From NCBI GenBank assembly GCA_965235115.1, contig OZ249451.1:8215001-8248000 (forward strand): DNA of 33,000 bases. Reading direction: 5' to 3'. Source of the DNA: Laetmonice hystrix. Taxonomy: Eukaryota. Positions 23,824 to 33,000 of this stretch are shown one piece after another. The position numbers were made by a program, and so were the translations under genes. Position 1 is the stretch's first letter, and each line of letters begins with the position of its first letter. The notes beneath the pieces are model-generated. The model did not search any database. It was not told where the DNA came from and was given only the letters and a program-made list of their open reading frames with translations.

Positions 23824-25237
23824 TACATGTGTGCCGCCAATGTCAGTTATTAATGATAACGCACTGAGATAGGTGCTGTAAACAACAGGGGTATTTTTTA
23901 CTCTCCTTGGCCTTCTGATCTGGAACCGCATCGGGAGTACATGGCTGGAACTACTTATAACCCTGCAACATTCCTGATCTCATGTCGGGGTCGCATTGAG
24001 AGTACATAAGTATCTGAGGAGATAGGGAGTGGTCGGGTAACACAACTGTAGACAGGTAAGGAGCATGAATCATGACATTTAGTTTACCAGAGTATGTTAT
24101 GACTGACTTCCAATGATATCCAAGGATATCTCGAATCCCCTTCTATACTATGGATACATCACGACACCACGGCCGGCGATGAAAATACTGACCGTGCAAG
24201 TCCAAGAGATATTGTTGGCTCAGTGATGTTTTCGTAACGTGTTGACTAAAGCACTCACCGTACACCTAGCCAGAAAGGATGTCTTTAGGGGAAATCTTCC
24301 TGAGCTTTATCGGTCCTTGGTGGAATGCATTTATTCTAACTTGACAAAATGGTATCACATCTGTGGCGCCGCGACTTTACGCTATGGCAAAACCAATAGT
24401 CGTTGAATAATCCAGAACAGTACCGGACTTATAAATGAAGCAAGCAGAGATTAAAATACTTCTTGGGAAGGTCAGCATGTCATTTTGAAATGATATATAG
24501 AATCTACTATACAGAATAAAATGGTCGTAGCAAACAATAGGCTTTGTCGAAGTTCTCTAAAACTAAAAATTAAACAATGTCAAAGATACGCGTGGAACAT
24601 TGCGGAGTAGTTTGCATCTTTTTGCTCTCTATTCGTATAATCCAGTCGTCGTGCAGGTTTAAGTGATTTATATCAACATTTCCTCCATGTTGTTTTGAAA
24701 AGTCTCAGATAGTAGATTTCCCACTCCTTCCGGCGACACCATTTCCCCGTATTATTGCAGAATATCATAGCAGCATACAGCAGCTAGCAAGTATCGCCCC
24801 TGATGAGATTATGAGTTTCCCCATCGCCATGAAAAGCGAGTGTAATTAGCGGAAGGAAGCCTAGTGTCTATGTAATAATGTTTGTATTTAATCAAGTGAA
24901 GATCTAGCAGCTTATTTTCAATCACACAGCTGATAAATTACTTCCTTCGACTGTCTGCCATTTTTTACAAACAAATCTGCCCCTCCTTTCAGTGTGTGCG
25001 GAGAAGTATACATTTTGCAAACGACGTGGTACATTTAAAAAAAAATGGATGAAGGAATTAAGCCATTACTGCATTGAACATGATGTGTATATGTGGGCAA
25101 TGGTGTATAATGGATGTATGTAATCGTGTATAGAAATTGTATGTGAATTGTATGGGTAGGGATATAGGTCGCATTCCGACATGTATGCCAGGGGGTTTGT
25201 CAGACATTTACCGCAATGTCGGCGTTTTTCACCGTTA

Positions 25238-25441
25238 AGCCGCTTTCACATGCATACGGTGTGCGGCGTGCGGCATGCGGCGTGCGTTTTTGTTAATAAT
25301 GTAGCCAATGTAAATCGCCGCACACCGCAAACCGGGGGCATGTTAAATCTATTTTCAGTTGTTCCATTTCTGCAAAAACGCACGCCGCACGCCGCACGCC
25401 GCACGCCGCACGCCGCAAACCGTGTGCATGTGAAAGCGCCT
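25238..25441. mobile_element. PIF/Harbinger (Tourist-like) MITE
   Basis: TTA TSD (25235-25237, 25442-25444). TIR AGCCGCTTTCACATGCA / TGCATGTGAAAGCGCCT, extended by inverted (TGCGGCG)n / (CGCCGCA)n 7-mer arrays. Confidence 0.9.
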
Positions 25442-26299
25442 TTACTCTGGTTTACTTTTCTTAACGTAGACGAATCGTTTGTCAAATGGATGGCAAACAA
25501 AGTATCCATAATCTGTACCTTCGCTTGTTGTAAATCATTTGTTAACGCCATGATCACCAAAACATATATCTCTAAATCTACCTGGTCTGAACAGTGATTT
25601 ACTTGCTTTCTGTCTCGTTCTCTGGCTTTCTGCCAACACACCCACAAAATATTTTAATAGCGCCTAATGATGAACCACTTAGTCAATCCCATCAGGCCCA
25701 TCAGTAGTCCCCTGTTACTATAAGGGGAATGTGACCTGTAGACCTACGCTATGAGTCGACACGACACATATTATAATAATGATTCTAGATGCTCTCATGG
25801 GTAATGTCACGTGATATCGTCACGTGACCTCTCTCGAGACCGAAGAACGAGTTTTTCTGTCCCTTCCAAATCGCCCCGGTCGCTGCCGAAAAGATGAAAA
25901 GCCCTGCCTCGCGGTGGGATCGTTTTCAATCCGGCCTCCTCCTGATGGTAAGAATGTGCAGATGTCACGTCATGAACACCACCCGGTACACTCTTGACCT
26001 ACGGTCACTGGCGTGCTTTGACAGTTCCTGTCTGCTGATGAGCTGAGGTTATTTGACATTGCCAGCCGAGCACCACAAAATTGCTCTTTTAAGTCCGCCT
26101 GATCACTCTCATTTTCTAAATAATTGCCGTATGAAGTCGAGGGAAATGCCGAGGTCCATCACGAAGTATTTATAATTTAGGAGTACTGCTGCACTTTTAT
26201 TTTGAGATGCCCAGTAGTACTCTTTCTGAGACAGTCTAGGAATTCCAGGAAGGCGTCATTGAAAACAGGGAAGATGGTACTTGGAATAACAAAAGTGTA

Positions 26300-26590
26300 C
26301 CATTGCATTAACTTTACGGTCAAAAGGACTGTCGTAAATTACGCTGATGCCGGAGCCTGAGGTTTAGATGGCTCCAACATGTGGGACGTCTACCAGCCTC
26401 TTATAACCTGGAGGCTGAGACGTCGTCCAGTTAGTGTCCGATCCTGTGGGCGGTCGGCCTGGATCGAACTACAATGAGCCACCCGTCCAAGAGATCTACG
26501 CATCTCACGCTATGAGGCATGCATAATAGAGATTGGCAACGAATCAAACGGCCGAAATAGGAACACGCCGTTGGTGTAGACTTAAGGGTA
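26300..26590 (+). mobile_element. Degraded 3' end of an RTE-clade LINE
   Basis: Frameshifted remnants in the order RWLQHVGRL (26366), GRP, RDL, HNRDW (26522) match the RTE ORF2 C-terminal pattern RWxGHVxR...GRP...DL...NRxxW. Ends in cacgccgttggtgtagacttaag. Left boundary approximate. Confidence 0.55.
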
Positions 26591-27662
26591 ATTTGTCCTA
26601 AGACGACACGATGTCTTCTTCTGGTATTTATTTCCCTATTTGCTCTTCTGTATTGTTTTAGATCGCTCGTATTACAAAAGCTCTATTGCAAGCCCCCTGA
26701 ATCCCCGGAGAGTATAGCTGTTTGTATCAGCAACATGGACCAAATGGTTTCGAGGTTTTCCGGGTGATATTTTAGCTGCACGTACAGTATGGAGGGCACA
26801 AAAATGTGCCTGAAAGCATTGCGAATGAATATCTCTCTTCTCTCTTTCTATGTCTCTCTCTGTCTTTTTCCCCTCTCTCTAAGTGTCATTGTCGTCGCCA
26901 CTGGTCATTCACTCCACGTCACCAACATGTACGGACAGAATTTTGGCAATGGGAGGGGGGGGCAGAAACGTCTCGGCGACACCACTGAATTAAATAAACG
27001 TGAAGTTGAAAATCACAGACAGGCTTACCAGACATTATTGATAAATTATTGGTTCGTCCGGGAGAACAATGCATCCATTAAAGCCCTCCATGCATTCATT
27101 GCCACTGTAGATAAGGTCGAACTGTCGCATTTTTTATGTGGCATTTAGAACACTATTGCTCCTAGGCTGACACCATGAATAGGCAACGGCATGCGCAAAT
27201 ATTTCATATGGGTATGGGACAGCTGGGATGCCATGCTGTCAGGCTGTTCTGTGCGTGTTTGTGCTGAGACTACAGAACAGTCTCAGTCTTTGATTCCTAC
27301 CGACCCGCTTTCCTCACCTCCCTTATCGCTGCAGGATCGCCTTTGACTCTGCTGACAGGTATATGTCGCATTCTCTCCCACGGCTCTCGGATTCAGTCAC
27401 CCACCGCCAGCTGAACATGCTCACAGAAACAAATCCTCACAACTCCTTACCGACGTCACAAACTGCGGAATGCATCATTCCTACAGATATTATTAGGTCC
27501 TATATAATATCAAAGTATGAGCTAACCATATACAAGAAATTGTACACCAGATTTGAAGGAACACTGCATGGTTAATTATGACACGTCTTAAATCTGATCT
27601 AAATATGATAAAACGGCCTAATCTATTGGTGCGATTTTCCTGGCGATCTCCGTGCGGATTGG

Positions 27663-27929
27663 GGGGGCCTCGGGTGGCCGAGTGGTCTAAGGTGTCGGCT
27701 CCATCATGACACCTAGGACCATCGCCTCACACCGCTGCGACCCGGGTTCGATTCCCGGCCTGGGCTGCATGTGTGAAAGGTTTGTCAGTCAGTTCCTTCC
27801 CGAAGGTCGGTGGTTTCCTCCGGGTACTCCGGTTTCCTCCACCAAGAAAAACTGACTTTCATCTCATCTTCACCGCCGTGATATGACCCTGGCTGTTGCA
27901 AGGCGTAAAACCCCAAATACCCACCCACC
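27663..27929 (+). mobile_element. Full-length tRNA-derived SINE with V-domain-like core
   Basis: A box TGGCCGAGTGG (27675) and B box GGTTCGATTCC (27745). Core GGTTTCCTCCGGGTACTCCGGTTTCCTCC (27812-27840). Tail ATGACCCTGGCTGTTGCAAGGCGTAAAACCCCAAAT(ACCC)n. Perfect 13-bp TSD CCGTGCGGATTGG at 27650-27662 and 27930-27942. Confidence 0.92.
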
Positions 27930-30900
27930 CCGTGCGGATTGGTCTTAAAGAACAGAATCCTCGCCGTGGTGTCTTTGCTTTCTATTCACACATTTTACTG
28001 AAAATGGATTGCATCTCTTTTCAACTCGAAATCGGAATAGAATTAAGCGATTAGGCAGAAATCGCAAGGCAAACTGCACCAGTGGATCAGGCCTTTAGTA
28101 CCTGCCTATCACTCATCGATTACCGGGTTTATAGTACTTTGGAAATCGCGCTCAGTAAACAGGGATCTGTGTTTGCCTTGGTCGCCTCTGATGTCAACAG
28201 GGCCCTGTCATCTGGGACGGCAGAACTGGATTCCATCGGTCCCAAGTTACGGCTGGATGGACTGTCGAAGCCAGGATTGAGATGCTGTTCAGTGAACAAG
28301 GTGCGTGCCACAGCTTTAAAGACATTTTCTTCATTTTTTCTTTACTTTTATTTAAACGCGTGTCGGTTCTATTCTTTGTTTGAGATTAAATGGACTAATA
28401 TCCGTATTTTGTTCATTGGCATCAGTATAAGACAGAGCTTTTTTCTCTTTCTTTAACTGCATCCTGAATAAGTAGCAATGTGGAAGCCAAAGTGTTTCCT
28501 GTCGAATTCTGGTTATCCTCCTCTCAGATCTATCTAATATTTTCTTTTTCATGCATTCATGCATGGAGCACTGGTGTATCGGTTGTGTACTGTCTGGTCA
28601 GGAACCTTAAGTCCCGCAACTCGATCGTATTTTATTCTCTGGTCATTTTGCTTTTGTTGAAACAAAATTAAAACATTGAAAGCCCATCCGGAATAACGAC
28701 GCATATACGAACGACCCGCTGTTTCGAAATGTAAACATCGGAGCCCTACATGATCACCATATTTATACATCATATATCTAGGGGTGAAAGGTATGTTATA
28801 TCTCCTCGCTATAATATTTGGGATTGGCCTTTAACTCCTTCGATGTAAGAATGCACTCCCTCGATCCCCTTCTCAACCAGGACAGGAGTGAATGACAATG
28901 TATTATAATATAAAAAGTCGATTGCACGAGAAGCCCAGATGATTTGCTTTCCTCGGCCGTCGTCAGTCGGTCTCTAGGTAGCCCACCAATAACGACAAGG
29001 AAAAGCTGCGGACTGATTCGATTTGGCTTACTGCATACTCAGCCAGAGTATGGCATAACCGTCGAGTTATGGGTGGGATTTCTTTTCCTACGCCTTTAAC
29101 ATTATCAGATCGTGAAAACGTGAAAGTGGCATTATGATTCGAGGTGAATCAAGGCAAAATCACGTCTCGAGATACGACTGAGGTCAGACAACATGTGTGT
29201 GTACGCCATGTGATAAAGTTCTCAGCCTCACTACGCCCCAAGTTGAAGACTCGACTCTTTAGTCCTGACCTCCCTCCTCCATATCCCCTCTCCACGTCCT
29301 CTCCGTATGCCCTCCTTATCTCCTCCATCCCGGGTTCAGGGACCCTTCGGAACCAGCGTTCCGGTGTATGGCTTCCGGTCGGTCACTTCCGATCATCGTT
29401 TCCTCACCGATAACCAACCTCAGTACATGTTCATTTATCGATCGTGTCTCCATGCTGCGGTTTCAGATTTTAATATCACAAAACCATGTCACGTTGACAG
29501 TACCACTGCCATTATTTCCGCAAGGTGCCTTTCAGCGTATTCCAGTCAATGCCTCAGGACTTTGCTTTTTTTAATTTTTTTTTTGTAAAAAAGAATACTG
29601 GAGAGCTGGCCCTAATCGCCCATTGCAGGCATCCTCATAACTGAGCCAATTTAAGATCATTTGGAGTGAGAGTGTGAGGAACTTTACACTCTTGATTTAA
29701 CCTCGACTTAACCCATATCACGTACTCTAGAGAAAGTAAATGCCAAAGGCCATGATTACGGCCAATCTGACCATCCCCTTCTATAACCACTGGCGTGCCA
29801 TGTGTAGGTGTGCCATGCCAGCGCCGAGATGACTTTATGACTGCGGGGCGTTTTGCTTGACACTCCTCGTCAGATTTCACGCGAGTTTATGGTTTGATGG
29901 TCGCGGGGCGTCCCGACCTCATGTCTATGCGATCTGGGAGTTGTCTACTTCACATAAACGAGACATTTGTCGTTACTTCCTCTGTAGTGGGTCCCAATTG
30001 GCGGACTCCCTGAGAGTGACCTGGATCGGACGCCAAACCGCACTTCTAACCACTTCCGTTAAAATGGGTGCGCCTCAGTTGGCCAATCTCGCCGGAAATG
30101 ACCATCGATTCGCTCAGCCGCAAAGCGTCCGAGATAGTGACGTTGCATGCAAATGAGCTGTCTTGTCGTCTGCTCCGTGGAATGTGAATTTGGCATCCAA
30201 GATGTTGGAACGTGGGGGGGGGGGGGCGTTGTATAGCTGAACGTGTGACTCTTCAAGGAAAACGGGAAGATATCTATAGTGCTGAGGCGTAAGATTATTG
30301 ATGTCACGCGAAAGCGAAAAGCGGTGTAATTGGGTTGCCAGCGCTAATCAATCACCCGTTAAAGATGCGTGGACGTCGAATCATGTTTCTAGTTGACCAG
30401 AATCATAATCACTGACACCTAGCCCTACTTAGCGTCAGGTGGCGTTTCCTAAACGATATCACATCCTGCCTAATGTCATCAATTACCGATAATCCGGTCG
30501 CACGTGTCTTGTTGATGCCGGCTGCCATATTGGACGTCATGTCAGACAAATCTCACCGTCCTCCAAGACACCGTCAGTAGAATAATACTGCCAGGATAGG
30601 CACAACAATCTCACTAAGTAAATAAATGATCTCTGGCGAGCCTTTGACAGCGCCTGGTTTCCTCGGCCACCGCTCATACAATCGTTTACTTAGCACTTCA
30701 ACAAATATTGTTGTAATCAGCGATGGGAAGGATGAACACACGGGCACGATTACTATATATGTCCTTTATTTATCATGCATGATTTTATAATTATTCTCGG
30801 GTGTGATATGACTTGGGGGAATATCCGTTTCAGTAGACCTTATTTTGGTCAATCATACATTTAATTTAGCGCATTTTGCAATACAATAGCACTATATAAT

Positions 30901-32359
30901 TTTAGCAGTCACAAAAGATTTGTAAAAGCGTTACCGGTTCCGGTTAATTCGAGCCACATGAGTCAAAACGAACTGGGTATTTTGCCCGACTTTAAATAAT
31001 TAAATTATGGGTTCGGGGAAATTAAGATACAGAACAGCGATTGTCTTGATTCCTAAAAAAGCTAATATTTATCCAAGCAAACGAAAAGGGTTGCGGTTAT
31101 GTTCATGAGCAAGTTGCCAAGCTTTCCCCCAATTAGGCCTACACGGAGAGGAGTACGATCCCAAAATGCATAAACCTCCAGATTTGGTCACGTTATTGTG
31201 TTGTTGTTTTTATCAGCGGTCACTTAATTTGAGGCAGAATTTGATGAAGCTGAGTGCTCATGTAAGAAGATCTTTAGTTCTTTCACTAAAACCCTTCGCA
31301 AAGAAACGTGAACACCGTGTCAGTTTTAATTGCCGGGAACCAGAGATGGATGGCTTGTGTTCTCACTCCGACACGGCCGTTCACTTGGACTTCAGCATCC
31401 TTCACACTGAGCGTATCCACCCAAGGTAGCTGTCTTAAAATTAGGTTGCCTGGAATAATGTTCACGCTCACGTTCATCCTACAGTTTCTCTTTCCATTTC
31501 TTTCTGGCAAATTCCAACGGGCCCAAAGAAGAAATGTGAACCGATTTCGATAGAATTCAATTTGTCTAATTAAATAATTATCGCGACCAGCGCCAATATC
31601 AAGATATGGTCAAATGTGAAGGTGTAAAGGTGTGGAGGTTATGAAGTTGTGGACTCCAAACGTATTACCTAATGTCTGGGATCACCCTTACGTCCTTATG
31701 TTATCATTTAACTCAAATATACCCCTTACTCTCCCATCATTATGCTGTGTCATCAGAACCCCCCCCCCCCTCCTCCTTCTTCCAAACGTTATACTTTCTG
31801 ATTTTTTGTCCAGTTGTCACTCCACAGCTCTAAATCGCCGTACGAGAACAAATTGAAGGTGACAGGGCATTTCTCTCTTCTTTCCCTGAACATTTGTTTC
31901 TCGCCAGCTGAGCGCTGAAAGGCGTGTCATTTTGAAATGTCTGTGTGTGTGTTTTGTTCAGAGTATGCTCTCTCAGCGGCGCTCATGACTAGAAGAAGAC
32001 ACTTGTTTTAACAATGCGCCAATACTATATATCTTCCCAGAATATCTTAGTCATGATATATAATGTATTATCTATACTCATTTGCTATATTATACCATAT
32101 TGTAGATGTAACCCGATTCGAATTTGAACGGGCCGGGGTGTGTGTGCGTGCGTTCAAACAGCGAGTGCACCCTCAAGGGTTTTCGCTGAATTAAATATAA
32201 ATGAACATGTCTTTTAATTAAACCACACTTTAAGTCTTCATACATACTGACAACATTACTCTAATGGGTTTGTCTAAATATTAATGTATTCTGTAGCTTT
32301 GTACAAGAAATGCTATAGCTTCAAGATTACTTTAACTCCAAGCCGAATCACTTTGTAGC

Positions 32360-32750
32360 TAATTAGGGATTCATTATCATTTTATAGTAGGCTGCCCATT
32401 ACTCTCATTCACAGCATCTCCGCCTTGCAAGTAGTGGTATCTAGATCTAACTAACCTAGGCCAAGATTAGCATTGATCCGACAACCAAGGCGCGCATTCA
32501 CCTCAAGTATTTGACAATAATTACGTGCGCATAATTGAATCTCGCCTTGTGGGTTCGCATACCTCTAAATTCATGATATAAGGGGCAACCTCCGCCAAGG
32601 AGAAAATGGAACGGCTTCTCTCAACGGGTCCGGCTAATTGAAATCAGATTTCGAATTGAATTCCTGGCCTTGGAGCCACGCGCTCTTTTAGAAGCGTAAT
32701 TGCCATTCTATAACATGGATAATTGAGATGGTCTCAACAAAAGCCTTGTC
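32360..32750. promoter_or_regulatory. Candidate enhancer: cluster of TAATT(G/A) and CAAGGC motifs
   Basis: TAATTG at 32532, 32635, 32697, 32720. TAATTA at 32360, 32518. CAAGGC on either strand at 32422, 32486, 32544, 32667, 32743. Confidence 0.35.
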
Positions 32751-33000
32751 GGTGTGTGCTCACACGAGGGTGTTACACTTGTTTGATGAGAGTGGGCGGA
32801 CGTACGTGTGACAAACGATTGCACCAATCTGATAACAGCATATAGGGAGTCTATATATCCTGCAATGCGTTGTTCCTGGTCCATCTTCGTTTTGTTTTAC
32901 TTTGCTGCTAGCTGTGCATTTGGTAAACCTTAGTGTGCATTACTTTCTAAAATGTCCACACATGTGTTTCACCGCAAATATGGCGGTTTTTTGTTTTTTG

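Noticed and set aside
25181-25647. 138-aa and 133-aa overlapping ORFs
   Set aside because: Artefacts of the stop-poor palindromic Harbinger MITE.
26885-26905. Gypsy PBS-like TGGCGACGAC on the minus strand
   Set aside because: No identifiable LTR pair or gag/pol remnant adjacent.
27663-27765. tRNA gene
   Set aside because: A/B boxes are present, but the region runs into a SINE core, tail and TSD, with no proper cloverleaf or poly-T terminator.
28549-28773. ORF with faint BTB/T1-like 'HVGLRCLHFET'
   Set aside because: Lacks NVGG and FIDRD motifs; similarity not beyond chance.
30583-30600. miR-8/200-like TAATACTGCC (also partial miR-182-like at ~26942 and miR-71-like at ~22422)
   Set aside because: Only partial matches with no complementary hairpin arm.

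Overview
This is eukaryotic, essentially non-coding DNA, most likely from a marine invertebrate (inferred from the MetaSINE/V-SINE-like cores, Helentron-associated elements, long poly-C/G runs and the TAGGCCTA excess). It is not prokaryotic: I found no operons, long ORFs, rRNA or CRISPR, and nearly all listed ORFs look spurious. The left half (about 1-16.3 kb) is a nested transposon mosaic. It holds (i) a 3.2-kb HINE/DINE-1-like non-autonomous Helentron carrying a microsatellite, two tandem arrays (about 145 bp and 258 bp units) and a nested TA-flanked MITE; (ii) a 6.45-kb TTAA-flanked Kolobok-type DNA transposon with terminal and subterminal inverted repeats, carrying what looks like a decayed two-exon gene whose intron holds nested MITEs; (iii) a family of CAG...CTG MITEs with 5-bp target-site duplications (TSDs); and (iv) a MetaSINE fragment. 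The right half is TE-poorer, with a Harbinger MITE, an RTE LINE remnant, a full-length V-SINE-like element with a 13-bp TSD and a possible hAT MITE. It also has a candidate orphan terminal exon (KCTD C-terminal-like) and enhancer-like motif clusters. No new biological system can be claimed from sequence alone. The best leads are the Kolobok cargo gene, the satellite-carrying HINE and the excess of TA-NNNN-TA palindromes.
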